This document shows positions 48,520 through 61,503 of a stretch of 64,000 nt of DNA, piece by piece; position 1 is the stretch's first letter, and each line of letters starts with the position of its first letter. A program made the translations under genes and the position numbers. The DNA comes from Macrostomum lignano (taxonomy: Eukaryota): NCBI GenBank assembly GCA_002269645.1, contig NIVC01001735.1, positions 118,888 through 182,887 on the forward strand, given 5' to 3'. The notes beneath the pieces were generated by a model, which had not been told where the DNA came from, did not search any database, and saw nothing but the letters and a program-made list of their open reading frames with translations.

Positions 48520-49182
48520 AAAGCAGGTGCGCTTGTATTCATTCATTACTGTTTTTGACTTGCAACAATATATAAGTTCTTGGGTTCTAACCTACTATGA
48601 TATTTAGTTCACTTGTGTTTGTTAAAAGAGGTAAATTATAAATTTTTCCCCGAAATGTTTTAAACTTTTTGTAAGCGCAGCTGTATGTGATTAATAGATG
48701 ATATTTAAATTCGTCCAATCGCCACTCGTCAGATCACTCAATTATAAATGGATTTTTATACTTGCAGAAATGTGCAGCTTCTTACTGTTTTTTTATTATT
48801 CAAATTAATACAAAATAAACGTCTCCGGAAATATAAAGTTCGAGAGACAACTGCACATTACACCCGATGGCTGATGCATGGTTTGCAATGCAAAGCAATT
48901 GTTACTCTCATACACCGGTAGGAGTGCGATATCTCCGAAAACTCCTACGAAGCATTTGCATGGGACCGAAAAGTTGGACAAAATGGGTGTGCTGTATAAG
49001 CGGATCGGGGTTTTGAGATGGCAGTCCCTGCATCTGTTGACATGGTGGAGAGAACTATAGAGCCGTAGGATTTTTTCAGCAGTGATGCTATTCCTCCATT
49101 TTCTCCACCTTTAGCCTCCTACTCCTTTAGCCTTCAAAACTTTGGCTACTGAAATGAGTCGTCTAACACCATTTGACGAATG

Positions 49183-49386
49183 CAGTGGCGTACGCAGAGG
49201 GATAGAAAGGTAGAGAGGGCCGGCTGCGGCCTATACCCCAACCGCCCCTGAAAAATTTACGCTCCTCCAAAACACAAATGAAAGGCAATCAACATCCCAA
49301 CAAAAAGGCCGCCCATTAACAAGACACCAAATTTTTGGCGTCCCTGGTACGGCCCTCTGCAATTAAAATTTATGCGTACGCCACTG
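49183..49386. mobile_element. Short MITE-like element
   Basis: TIR CAGTGGCGTACGCA..TGCGTACGCCACTG; no TSD found. Confidence 0.5.
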
Positions 49387-50195
49387 CATCAATAGATTCA
49401 CCACGAATTTCTGCCATTGGTAGTTCCTCGGCAGGTCCATCCTGCACAGGTTGCGGAAGAGGCAGCAGGGTCAGACTCCTTCCGGAGAGGATGACGAAAA
49501 ATGAGGACTTCCAGCTGGTTGTGGGCCACGCCGGGAAGGTGGCCCTCGTTACCATTATAAATTGATTAATTAACTTTTAACTAATTCAATTAGTATTTAA
49601 AATTGTGCAAAAATGTGCATTTAATTTTAATGATAACAGTTTACTAAACTTATTATTATTTATCTACGTTCTAAAATTTTTAACGGCAAGCCATATATTT
49701 ATTTAGTATTCTCTAACCCAGCAGTCTAGTCTAGCAAATAAATTGTTTAAACATGACGATTTTTCAAAACATGCAAAAAAATAAAATTCATAATTGGGTA
49801 AGGGGTAAAACACTACCCGAAAAATGGGGTAACAGGCTACCCGATGATTTTAGGCGTCTACCGGCTTCAAATCGTCCAGAAAATGCGCCTAACATATGCA
49901 GCTTCTAGTGTGGAATTTTTTTAGGTGAAAAACTGAAAGATTATTATGAAATTCACGTTTATTTTTGTTGGTAGTGTTTTACTCCAAAAAGCTACCCGAC
50001 CCCCACCCCCGTCATTGAGAATCGAAAATCAATAGCTAAGCTTACTTTTACATTTTCTGCCATAATGTATAATATCAAGTGGTTTTAACGTGTATGAGCA
50101 AAGTTAGGGTAATGGGTAATTTGTTTTACTGTATTTTACTTTCGCATTTTTAACAGGCATTTTCGTTTACGTTTGACTTAGTTATTGTGTAAGCC

Positions 50196-50474
50196 CGTTA
50201 AGCTAGCGTAAGGTGCAAACTAATATTAAAGCATCGTTTTTTAGTTGATGCATAGTATAGAAAATATGGCATTTCATACTTATACTTTACACAATCTGCT
50301 TAATTTTTAATGAATAAATTTAATGTTAACCATAAAAAACTTAGACAGTGAAATTCACTTTGAATTGAGGCAAAAATATACCGAGCCTCTATTAGAGGTA
50401 ATTTATTTTCTATACTATGCATCAATTAAAAACCGATGCTTTAATATTAGTTTGCACCTTACGCTAGCTTAACG
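50196..50474. repeat. 71-bp imperfect inverted repeat pair around a 137-bp AT-rich loop (possible MITE)
   Basis: 50196-50266 is the near reverse complement of 50404-50474. Confidence 0.75.
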
Positions 50475-52031
50475 TAATATAAATAAAATTTTCTTGCTTG
50501 CTACAAGCCTAATTAGACCTGTGCACTTACGGTAACCTGGTCACAAGTTCACAACCAAATGCTCACATTAAATTTCACATCGTCAGCCTTCAACATCAGG
50601 AAAATATGCCATCGGCATCTGTCAGCTTCAACTGGTACATAGTCATAGACTCATAGTCATACTCATAGGCCTGCCCAAACTGACTACCTAGGTTAGGGCT
50701 AGGCCTAGGCCTATGGCCTCAGTGCACCAAGCATTTTTTAAATCCGCGCGGATATAGGCCTAACTGGGGCATAGTCAGGAATTTCTCACGAGGATGCAGG
50801 GATATGAGTAACTGCTGCTACTTGTACTACTGGTCTAATAGGCAGTTCAGGAAAATTAAGCGCTATAAATCAATTTGACAATTTCTTACACCCATCGACC
50901 AGGCCCTGGGCCCATAGGGAGGGGATAAATCCCTATAACCCCCATGCCTACGCCACTGCTAACTGTCTGTATGCCATCTGAATAAAATTTGCATTCATTT
51001 TATTATATCATAGGGCCTATTTGTTGCCTTATTTAAGTACAATGCCTTATAAAAGTTTAAAGCACTATTCAACAGATGATAGGCCCTAAATTTGCTGCAA
51101 AGGGAACCCCTTTAATTCATTTTAGAAATTTTAAAAACATTTTTACAGTTGAAGGTTGAAGCATTTTTTCTATTTGGATTTCATTTTGCAGCTAGAATAT
51201 AAGTTTTAAGATAGACATAAAACAGAGTATAGTCATAGATAAGACAATAGACATTAAGATGAAAATAGATTGACAATCACTAGGGCCTAGTGGATAGGTC
51301 TAACTTTGATAACTTGATAGGTTATTGTTTAGGCCTATTCTTTATTATGACTTTCTATGTCTATATCTTCTATCTTATGGTAACTATCAGAAAAAGAATA
51401 GATTTTTCATACATTTCTAGGGATTTTTCCTAAATATAAATAGTATAAAACCAAAATGGCCATATACTAAGATGGCCACAATAACATCAAATCTTTATTT
51501 TATCTATCTCTCTTTACTATTAATTAGTAACTTAATAACTCTTGCCATATTATCACAATATCAGCCCCCCTCCCTATATTTAATCAATCATATTCATAAA
51601 TATTGATACAATAATAATAATAGGTTTGAAACTAATTATCTAAAATATAAAAAACTTAATTTCAGTGTATATGCCAATTTATTCCCTATCATTATATCTA
51701 TCAAGTCTTTCATTATCAGTGTAGGCCTATTAAGAAACTATTATTAGAGCCTAGTGCCATAATAATGATATGCAAAAAATAAGATAAATGTGTAATAAGG
51801 TATTTATTTTGTGCTAGGTTATTTGCTTTATTTAGTAGATAAATATCTATAGGTCAGGCTACTATAAAAGCTAAAGCCAAAGGGAATGATTATAACTATA
51901 ATTCTATTATAGCATCTATCTCCGTAATTGCTTTCCTTAATTAATCTTACTACTAATAGGAAATGAATGAAATGTATAGACCTAGGCTTTTTATTATTTA
52001 TTTAGACATTTAAAAGTCTGGCCATCTTGGT

Positions 52032-55001
52032 CACGCCTATGCAGAAGCTGAAAAATGGGGAAAGAAAATTCCCAAAGAAACTGATGCTTTTCGCAGCCCC
52101 AAGGACCTATGCAGATTTCAAAAACAGTGTCAGACAAATCTAATCGCCTTGTCAAAAATGGTAATATGAATTTTTTATATTATATGCAAATTACATGTAA
52201 TATGATAGGTATTTAAGGCGAAACCCATCGATAATATTAATGTTAATATAAGTTCGTAGTTTTAATATTATTTTTAATCATTAAAGGAACGTGCAAATGT
52301 ATTAGTATTAATATTATAAAATGAGAACCATGCACTTATTATTGCTAATGTCCGTATGGAATAAAGTGCGCATGGATGTTAAGTACACAAGCTAAATCCT
52401 AGAAATCTTGGCAGGCATAAAAATGCTTGACATCAAATATGGCTGGAATTGTAGCTAACAACTGCGCGCAGCAGGCATTCTGCATACTGCACATGCCCCA
52501 GAGGCCTGCGAAACCGCTGCCACGTCAAACGAAAGTCGCTGTGTGCAGACTCGACTGCCTGCTCACTGAAGGTCCCAAGGCCTGAGTTGAATCGCTCGCA
52601 GAACTCCGGAACATGGTGGAAAAGGGCGTGCATCTTAGGTGTCGGCACCAGCTTCAGTTCAGCGCAGCAGGATTCCAGCTGGGCAATCTTCTGGCAAAAG
52701 TCGCTCATCAGCTGTTGCCCAAAGCATGCTTGGCGAACAGCATCGAATGCCATAAGAGCAGACGCATAGCCCTGGAGCCTTGATGGCAGGTTGCTCTTGA
52801 GCTCTTGAGCTTTAAGCAGCAATCTGACACACGCAGGGCCTTCCAGACACCCGCCGTGGTACTGCTCGCGACAGATTCCAGCTGAATGCGCCCACTTGTA
52901 TGCCTTGTCGTCGCCCCAAGCTGAGTTCAGCTGATCGAGCAGTTTGTTGGTCACACCAAGCATGATGTGCAGCTCTGGTGGTGGCACGAGGTCCAGCATT
53001 GGCGTAGAATCAGCCCCAGGGAGAAGAGGCCGTCTGACACAGCTTGCGTAGTTTCTTGCCAGTCGCTGGCAGCTACCAGCAGCCTCGAATGCCGTGGCCA
53101 TCCGACGAATGGATCCAAGGGTTCTCATGGAACCGGCAACTTGCCACGGCGCCTGCCCCTCACAGTAGAGACAAGGATGAGCTGCGGCATGACTTTGAAG
53201 GCCACACAGGATGTTGGCTAGCTTGAAGTCGCAAGCGACTGTGAACTTAATCGATGTCAAGTCTAGCTCATCTAGAAGTGCTCGCACATTTGCATAGTTC
53301 TCCTGGACATCCTCAGCAATCGCGATGATAAACAGTTTTTTTATGCCAAAGTTGCTTATTCGCGACTCCCTGCTCAGCTTCTTAGGTGTGGACTCTGCCT
53401 GTGGTTCGGTAGGCAGTACTGGGGCGACACTAAGGCAGATTTTTAGCGAGCCACCACCTCCGTCCATCCCTAGCTTCAATCTCACATCGAACTCACTAAA
53501 TCCTCGCTTTGAGCAAATGAAGCTCAGCAGGCCCTGCAGATCGGGGCATATGACGGAACATCTTGTGGTATCAGTAAAGCTGCCACCTGAGGACTTTTGA
53601 GTGAATTTGAGCTGCCGCATCTCAAAAAAACTCTCTGCGATGCTGCCTGCGGCTGCCAGAGCTGCCCGCAGTCCGGGTTGCACGGCCTTACGACTGCCCT
53701 CCGCCTGCCTGATAATTGTGGCTGCCATGTTTGTCTGCCGGTCACTCAGATTGAGAGATGTCTTTAACGTTACTAGTGTCTCGGTCCTCAGCGCTCTCTG
53801 CTCATTTGAATCACTTGCATGCCTCAGCTGCATTGGTGGGCCACCGGTGGCGCTGGAAATAGAAGCCGTTGATCCATGTCCTGATGCTGCTGCTGCTCTT
53901 AGCTTTTCACGCATCACGTCATGAGCGATGTGCTCTTTTGATGTAGGGCTGAGCGTGCGCAGGTACTGCAACTTGCTGGAGACGCTGCACTTGTGCCTTA
54001 GGCCTTTGCCCACAAGTGAGTGGCACCTAGTGCAGCGCTTCTCCGAGTCTCTGTCCTGGCTTCGAGTTGTTTCTGCAGGTCGTCCTTGGGGCAATTTATG
54101 GTTGGCCCGGCTGCTGTCAGACATGTATGGGTGCCAGACCGCCACCCGCTTGTTTGATGGGCTGGAAACTACCTGGCAGATACAGCAGGAGCAGTGCGGA
54201 TGCTCACGTGTGAGTTGTGGCAAAACCTCCAAATCTGCAACAATTTGAAGGTATGGCAGTCGAGCAGGCAGTTCTTGCGGTACAGGTGACGTCTGTGACT
54301 GCAATTTCTTGCTGCAGCAGCTGCACATGCCTCCTGGCAGAGTATTACGGATGTAGGCATGACAGAATTCTGGCAGGATAAATTGCTCGATGAGTTCTGC
54401 TTGAGCAGCTGAAATAACGCGATCGGCTTTGCGGAAGCAGAGGATGCAGCACCAGATACGATTCTCTTCATGTGTGCGTCGAAAGTTTGGCATCGCGAGG
54501 CCAGAGAACTGATTTGAGTACTGAGGGTAATTGTTTCAATTGACTGCAACTTTATTTTCAAAGGAAGTCTGCGTGTTAGCAAACTTGTGATAAGAGGCAT
54601 GTTCTACTTTATGAATGTACATAGTCTATTCATTGTTTCTCAATCCCTTAATCACAATAGATCTCAATAAATATGTACATTTGAGTTGTCTGCCGAAATT
54701 TCTATCTAATAATGTACAGCATTTTATGACGCCCTTAAATTTATGCTCTAAACTTTGCAATTGATGCCTGCTCTTGTTACGCAATTGTTTTCACTACTTG
54801 CAATGGCGCAACTGACGAATCTAATACTGAACATGCAGCTGAGAACACATAATTTCAATTTTCCATTCTATTATTTTTGGACAAGGCGATTAGATTTGTC
54901 TGACACTGTTTTTAAAATCTGCATAGGTCATTGGGGCTGGGAAAAGCATTAGTTTCTTAGGGAATTTTCTTTCCCCATTTTTCAGCTTCTGCATAGGCGT
55001 G
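52032..55001 (-). mobile_element. Full-length Chapaev-like (CMC/Transib-related) DNA transposon, 2,970 bp
   Basis: CAC..GTG termini; 122-bp TIRs (52032-52153, 54880-55001; 5 mismatches by hand); 4-bp TSD TGGT; one long ORF. Confidence 0.88.
52433..54493 (-). CDS. DDE transposase with N-terminal Cys/His zinc-binding region
   Basis: MDGGGG (D1), VACDFK (D2), HPCLYCE, PPELHIMLG, PKMHALFHH, SEQAVESAH (E); N-terminal H..CCILC..MCSCC. Confidence 0.88.
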   Translation of the reverse strand: MPNFRRTHEENRIWCCILCFRKADRVISAAQAELIEQFILPEFCHAYIRNTLPGGMCSCCSKKLQSQTSPVPQELPARLPYLQIVADLEVLPQLTREHPHCSCCICQVVSSPSNKRVAVWHPYMSDSSRANHKLPQGRPAETTRSQDRDSEKRCTRCHSLVGKGLRHKCSVSSKLQYLRTLSPTSKEHIAHDVMREKLRAAAASGHGSTASISSATGGPPMQLRHASDSNEQRALRTETLVTLKTSLNLSDRQTNMAATIIRQAEGSRKAVQPGLRAALAAAGSIAESFFEMRQLKFTQKSSGGSFTDTTRCSVICPDLQGLLSFICSKRGFSEFDVRLKLGMDGGGGSLKICLSVAPVLPTEPQAESTPKKLSRESRISNFGIKKLFIIAIAEDVQENYANVRALLDELDLTSIKFTVACDFKLANILCGLQSHAAAHPCLYCEGQAPWQVAGSMRTLGSIRRMATAFEAAGSCQRLARNYASCVRRPLLPGADSTPMLDLVPPPELHIMLGVTNKLLDQLNSAWGDDKAYKWAHSAGICREQYHGGCLEGPACVRLLLKAQELKSNLPSRLQGYASALMAFDAVRQACFGQQLMSDFCQKIAQLESCCAELKLVPTPKMHALFHHVPEFCERFNSGLGTFSEQAVESAHSDFRLTWQRFRRPLGHVQYAECLLRAVVSYNSSHI

Positions 55002-56004
55002 TGGTATGTGGCTATCTTGGTCATGTGCCATACAAATAGGCCTAGACAAAACAACTTTTCTAATAGGCCCTTAAGAATCAATTAGGGAATGGGTCCTATC
55101 CTATTGTATTAATTTGATGATTTGGTTGACAAACAAATTTAGTTATTAGAAATTAGCAAAATAAAATAAAGTAAATTAAATGTTTTTAATAAATGCGTAA
55201 ATATAGTGTAATATTAATAGGTAGGAGCTAATTGAATATTTAACCTATTCCTATAATCCAATATACTATGTTCTTTCTTATTTAACAAATCAAATATTAT
55301 TATACTTATATTAATTATATAATAATATAACAATATAATATTAAATTACAATAAAAGCCTGTACTTAAATAGACTTTATTAAATTTAAACTAATACTTAG
55401 AACCTTAGCAAAAGTTTTATAAGCAACCTATAAAAATTGAGCCTAAAAAAGAAAATTCTAGTCTTGGACTATTAAGTAAAATAGGTCCTATCATAATTGA
55501 CTGATAGTTTCTGTACAAATATTATCCTAGTTTGCTTAAGTTTCTAAATATATATTTAAGTAAATTTTTTTATTTAAACAAAACAAAATAGACAATTCTT
55601 AAAGTAGTAAACAAAAAACTTATAAGTGACAAATCTAGTTATATATTATCTATGCTTTTTTAGCTAATAAAGCAAAATCTTATTAATGAAAACAAAATTT
55701 AGTTATGATTCAATGGAAAATTTAATTTAATATATATATATATTAAAATAATTTAATTTAAGTCTAAAAATAATTTATAGTTAATTGCAATGTGGAACAT
55801 CACTAAAATATAAGTAACCAAAAACCCCATGTTCAATTCTATGCTTAGCCATATTAACTTAGAGCTTTTGCACAAAAAATTGCCTGGGTATTTTGCAAAT
55901 CATACCAATGAGAGCCAACCCCAAGGCACAGAGTGTACATGTCTGACAATTAAAAACACTGTTCATGTTCCGCATTTGATCTCTTCAAATCACTGGCCCA
56001 AGTC

Positions 56005-56601
56005 ATGTCTCTGGCCGCCGCGCTGCGCTCCCTCTCTCTGCGTCAAGCTGCCCCCATTGCCAGCCTGTGCCCTCGCCTGCAGATCCAGCACCGGCAGCAG
56101 AGGCGCCATCTGTCCTCGCCGGCGCCCCAGCAGCTGCAGCCAGCTGGCATCGATGGCGGACCAGCCGCCACTCAGTCCTCGCCAGCTGTTCGCGACTTGG
56201 CCCAGCGAATCTGCCAGCTGAGCCTCCTGGAGGTTGCCGAGCTCAGCCGCCAGCTGCAGTCGGATCTGGGCGTCTCGGCCCAGCCGGCCCTGCCTGCCGA
56301 AGCCTTGAAGGCTCTCGTTGGCGGGGCTGCCGAGGCTGCATCAGCCGACGCAGCCGCCGATGCCGGCGCCGGAGCCGCGGTGAAGACTGCATTCAATTTG
56401 AAACTGGTGAAATTCGACGCCGCCAAGAAGGTGGCCCTCATCAAGGAGTTGAAGTCACGCAATCCGTCGCTGAATTTGGTGCAGACTAAAAAACTGGTGG
56501 AATCGGCGCCCGCTGTGGTAGTGAACGACCTCACTAAGGACGAGGCCGAGGCGATGAAGTCCGCCCTGGAACAAATCGGAGCCACCATAGAGATTGAGTG
56601 A
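56005..56601 (+). CDS. MRPL12: Mitochondrial ribosomal protein bL12m (L7/L12), intronless
   Basis: Presequence, then ICQLSLLEVAELSRQL and KTAFNLKLVKFDAAKKVALIKELK..LNLVQTKKLVESAP..EAEAMKSALEQIGATIEIE. Confidence 0.93.
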   Translation: MSLAAALRSLSLRQAAPIASLCPRLQIQHRQQRRHLSSPAPQQLQPAGIDGGPAATQSSPAVRDLAQRICQLSLLEVAELSRQLQSDLGVSAQPALPAEALKALVGGAAEAASADAAADAGAGAAVKTAFNLKLVKFDAAKKVALIKELKSRNPSLNLVQTKKLVESAPAVVVNDLTKDEAEAMKSALEQIGATIEIE

Positions 56602-57289
56602 CACTTCGGACTGGTTTCACTGTCTGCGATGCTTGTTTAAATCTGCTTTCAGTTGACACCCAGCCAGCAGCCTTGTTGTAGCTAAGGGAGGTTTCTGGAT
56701 TGTTGCTAATTGAAGGTTAAATAATTATAGTTAATTTAGTCAAAATAGGTGAACTCAAGCTTGTAAGACCCAACTTTGTACGTAGTTGTTTCGATCCTTT
56801 GTTGCGTATTTTCAATTCTGCAGCTTCATCCGTTCGCGCATATTTGCTCTTCTTTGATAGTTAAATAAAATCAAATATTTGGCAACAATGTGCACTGCCA
56901 GATGCGTTTATTTCCCGATGATGAAGCGAAGAATTTCATTCAGTGTGTTTAATGACCCGACTCTTTATTTTGCGCTGCAACCTGCACTGGCGAATTAGTC
57001 GGTTTGAACTACTTATAGTAGCTTATAATGAACTACGAATAAGGAACTTTGAAGGATGCGGTTTTCATGACTTGATTGTTGATTCGTGCTCGTAAGGGCC
57101 CGAATCCAATGCAGGGGTGTGTGCACTTGCCTTCCAAGCTTTTTGTGTCGAACTGACTTTGCTCTTTGGTCAGAAAGTCTGGGACCAGGCCCTATACAAC
57201 CCAAGCGTCTGGTCTTCGATAACTAAAGTGCTTGCATTCCGAATTCTTATGCTCCTATAGTCTTGTCACATTCTATCGCCTGAACCATA

Positions 57290-57363
57290 TAGCGGCTTAA
57301 CGGTAAACGCGTCACGACCCCGGGTTCGATTCCGTGCGGGTGGCCACATTTGGGGCTTGTGCT
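57290..57363 (+). mobile_element. tRNA-derived SINE head
   Basis: ggcttaacggtaaacgcg..gggttcgattccgtg..ttggggcttgtgc, shared with 19898-19974. Confidence 0.55.
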
Positions 57364-58294
57364 CGACACTTGGCCGGGAGGTTGTGCGATTTGCATCCCA
57401 ACCCCCAAGGCCAAGGCACAGAGATCAGTGCAGAAGTTGCCTCGTGGTTGTGTGACGATGTCGCCAAAGGCGTGTGCGGCCAGGGTGCCCACAGTCGTGC
57501 AGTTATTGTATCTCCTTACGTATTATTGTCACCTGAGCCATATCCACTTATACCAGGTGCTTTGGGATTTCAATAATATGCCATGCAATCGCTACTGCTT
57601 AGCCTAGCAATGTGTGTGGAGATTCGCGTGAAAATGAGATTTTTAGCGGGCGAGTTATGATGGACGTGCGGTAGGCAGCTGCTGGATGGACAGACCATCG
57701 CTCGCAGACCGACTAATCGGGTAGGGGAGATGCGAGCCATCTGTGTGGAAGCTATTTTTAGTTTTTTACCTTCTAACTGCGTCTGGCTAGGTAATCCTCT
57801 CTTAAATCCCCTCATTTATTCCCTTTCTCTCCTCTCTCGCTCTCTCCTGTTCCTCCAGCTCGCGTGAGCCCTCGGGCCACATAGCGGCAAAAAACTCCGT
57901 GCGGGATCTGCAGCATAGGCAGAGGTTGATGTTATATTTAGTAAATTTTCGTATGCCTTCAATTGCCATTGCTGGTCAGCGATAATTCCCGGTGTGTAAG
58001 GGTCGTCGGGGACGGGGCTTTTGGGGTGAAGAGGAAGGGGAGAGAAGGCGCGGAGAGACCGGTGGGTTAAGCAATCGATTTGGGCAGTCAGAGGGGGTGG
58101 TTAGGAGATTCCCGCCAAAGCACCGTTAAGGTAAGTAAAGAGGCGAGACGAATTGGTCTGGTCCCGCTCTTCATCGTGTAATCATCCCATGCTGCCCAGA
58201 CTCCTCATCTGAACTGTTAGTTGCCTGGCTATAATCCGGCCTTATACTGTAGTAGCTAAAGCTATTGTACGAATACTCGATCATACTTTGTACG

Positions 58295-58748
58295 ATGGGC
58301 AATAAACAGGTCGTTGGTTCGAGTCCCAGCTCTGCCGGGTTTCCAACGCGACGCAGTAGAAAATCTGTCCGGCCGGCGGACGCGCCGCCGTTCCGCTCGC
58401 CAGGAAAAAAGCCAACGCTCCCGACGCCGCCGACGCCGCTCCTACCCCCGTCTACTGCGCCGCAGTCGCCACTCCCGCCGCCTGCAGTACATGTGTGTGC
58501 ACCTCCGCCATCGAATCCGAACTCGTTAAGCGTCCGCAACGACGACTACCTCTTCCCGGACGCTGTCACTCCGGTTAAGGTGGACCGGCGTCTTGTCGAC
58601 AATTACGACGTTCCTTACATTGACGATATTGGCGAATGCGACGAGCCTGAAGCCGAGTCCTGCTACTTCACCGAAGACCTGCGCTGGTCGCTTATCCTGC
58701 TGGACTCGGCGCCTCGGCTGGCGGAGGGCGAAGAATTTCCGGAGCTAG
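58295..58748 (+). CDS. Probable first exon of an unknown Pro-rich protein (MGNKQ..); exon 2 may be 59418-59743
   Basis: GC-rich ORF with a strong GTGAGC donor at 58749, followed by a minisatellite-filled intron as in other genes here; no family recognised. Confidence 0.45.
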
Positions 58749-58869
58749 GTGAGCGTCTAGCGATGTGGTTTGGGTAGCGGCAGGGCCTTGAGTCAGGAGA
58801 CACATGGTCCTGAGTCAATGAATGAATTTTAAGTCATGAATTTAGGGCTGAATAAAGAAGCGCGTGTTT

Positions 58870-59336
58870 CTGAGTTACCAGATGTGGCTCTGAGTTACCA
58901 GATGTGGCTCTGAGTTACCAGATGTGGCTCTGAGTTACCAGATGTGGCTCTGAGTTACCAGATGTGGCTCTGAGTCACCAGATGTGGCTCTGAGTTACCA
59001 GATGTGGCTCTGAGTCACCAGATGTGGCTCTGAGTTACCAGATGTGGCTCTGAGTTACCAGATGTGGCTCTGAGTTACCAGATGTGGCTCTGAGTTACCA
59101 GATGTGGCTCTGAGTCACCAGATGTGGCTCTGAGTCACCAGATGTGGCTCTGAGTTACCAGATGTGGCTCTGAGTTACCAGATGTGGCTCTGAGTTACCA
59201 GATGTGGCTCTGAGTTACCAGATGTGATTCTGAGTTACCAGATGTGATTCTGAGTTACCAGATGTGGCTCTGAGTTACCAGATGTGGCTCTGAGTTACCA
59301 GATGTGATTCTGAGTCACCAGATGTGGCTCTGAGTC
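58870..59336. repeat. 20-bp minisatellite (ctgagttaccagatgtggct)
   Basis: Exact 20-nt period visible in line alignment. Confidence 0.96.
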
Positions 59337-61503
59337 AAGATGGATAAAATGCTTTGAGTTCACTCTGTCAACATGCATTCTTCTGGAAAAATGTGCCAGT
59401 CAAGTAGTTCATGCCAGAAACCGCTATCGACTCTCCTCGATCCATTCCCAGTCGCCACGTACGACCCCGTGTCCAACCTGGGTGCCGTCGGTTCCAAGCG
59501 TCACCGGTTGGGACTTTTGACGCGGCTATTCCGTGGAAACAGACGAAGACGGCGCCGCCAGCATGGCGAGGCGTCGCGGGCATGAGAAACAGGAAAAAGA
59601 GCTGGAGAGCAGAATTCCTTTTTCTATTCTTAACAGTCGCGCCTGGCCTGTTTCTCTCTTGGCCTCATAGCGTTCCAGGAAGCGCCGATGAAATGTGCAA
59701 TCTTGTGCGGAATGTGATCGCACATGCAAATCGCAGACACTGAAACGACTAGATTTGTCACTCGCAAAAAGTGCGTATCTACTTTATTTAGTAGCAAAAT
59801 CAGCGTTTTATTTTATAATAGCTTTTAGCTTTTGAATCAGCAACAACGGCATCTGGCTTTCTACAAGCAGACCCACTAGATAGATTAGCATCTTTATCCC
59901 GTTTGAAGCTGCATCAGAATCCAGTGCGTGTGCATAGCAGAGCAAAGGGGTGGCGCCCCAACCATAAACAGTTTGGCTTTCCTCTTTCCCGCTTGTGTCT
60001 GATTTTCACCTCTCTCCTTACTGATCTCTGATTGGATGAGCTACGTCGTAGATTGAGCCTGCCTTATAGGCTGGGTTTCGTCCGTCTAACTTTGACCTCT
60101 CTCCTTACTGCTCTCTCATTGGCTGAGCTAGATTGGGTCTGCCCCCCCCCCCAAGCTGAGTTTTGTGTTTTGTGTACACTGAGTTGTTTATTCCTAACCC
60201 CATATGCTCCTGAGGCCGCAACCCCGAGGAAGAAAAGGAAATTTTAACTGCCACATTCAATTAAAATGACACTGTACAGATAAACTACTGAAAAAAGAAT
60301 AGACGCTCTAATTTTTCACAAATTTAATTGTAAGTGACATACCTCTAAGTATCTAGTTCCTAGTCCCTAGTTCCTCTAGTATCTGTGCATGCAACCAGTA
60401 ATTGCAACTTGTCAATGTCTTATAGTTCGCTTTTTACTTCAATATACGAGTGCATTGTCAAATGTCATATACTTAAAAATCTTTAAGAAGAAACTCCAAA
60501 AACCCAGTTTTTTTCAAAGCTGGATGCCATTTAATTTAAGGTCGATATTTTCTGTAATTCTCATTTTATTTGAAGTATCAATAATTTCAAAAGTTATTGG
60601 GATTCTTGAGCTGTCAAGATCCAGTTCAATTGTAAAAGTTGAGTAATCTGTTAATGTGGAGTTTGCAGACTCCTGTGGGTCAGAGAGGCTTAGTAGGGTA
60701 AGATGCGCTGGCATCATGATTTTCAGTCTGGCACCCAGGAGGCCAAACAACACTGCAGCGATTCTTACGCCTTAAAGAACCCAGGTTCGCACTGGATACA
60801 GGTATAGCCATTGACAATAGGCAGTCAGAAGTTGCTTTTCACACCGGCAAATGCAGACCATAGACACCATCTTCCGGATTGGATAAGCGCCAGAGAAACT
60901 GTGTCTTTTTTAAAGCAACTTTTAAAGCCACAGACACTACATGATCGGCAGCTGACAGATGACGGGGCCAAATTTAGTTTGGCCTTGAATTTGGGGGTAA
61001 AAATTTTGCTCCGCAAAGTCCCCGTTTGTGCCGATCGGCTACTGAATACCCTTAGTTGTCTATGGTAAAACCTGCACGGAAAGTTTATTGAGGGGTTCAA
61101 TAAGCGGTTTTGAGTGCTTTAATATCTAGGCCACGAGTGCTTCTCCAATTAGCTTCTCCATTCAGTCTATTTTTCAGTTCAGTCCCATAAAATCTACACA
61201 TCAAATTCTGTCATTTTTCACTAGCTACTTTTGTTTGGTGTGGTGTGTTTATCAAAACTGCTGGCACTGTATAGCCTGGAGAATTAGTCTTCATGCCATA
61301 AAATCTGAGCGGTGGTAGTGGGCAGAATACTGACTGTACTGTACTTGACCACTGTACACTGGCTGCCTACTCTGTACTAAGCCACTCCTACCCCTAGCTT
61401 TACTCAGAGCTTGGGGCAGGCGTACAAATATAGTATAAACAGTTAAGCAGACAGGGAGTCTTGTCTGGTTCTGCCATAAGCCCAGCAACTAAATCAGACA
61501 ATC

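Noticed and set aside
49802-49985. Short inverted repeat ggggtaaaacactacc / ggtagtgttttactcc
   Set aside because: Only 16 bp, no TSD and no second copy in the window; too weak to call
57290-57363. Functional tRNA genes (also 19898-19974, 33709-33787, 31728-31800)
   Set aside because: No complete cloverleaf or clear anticodon arm; shared downstream non-tRNA sequence fits SINE heads
60389-61100. Short ORFs with protein-like stretches (e.g. STFTIELDLDSSRIPITFEII)
   Set aside because: No recognisable family or consistent splice model; may be exons of an unrecognised gene or decayed TE
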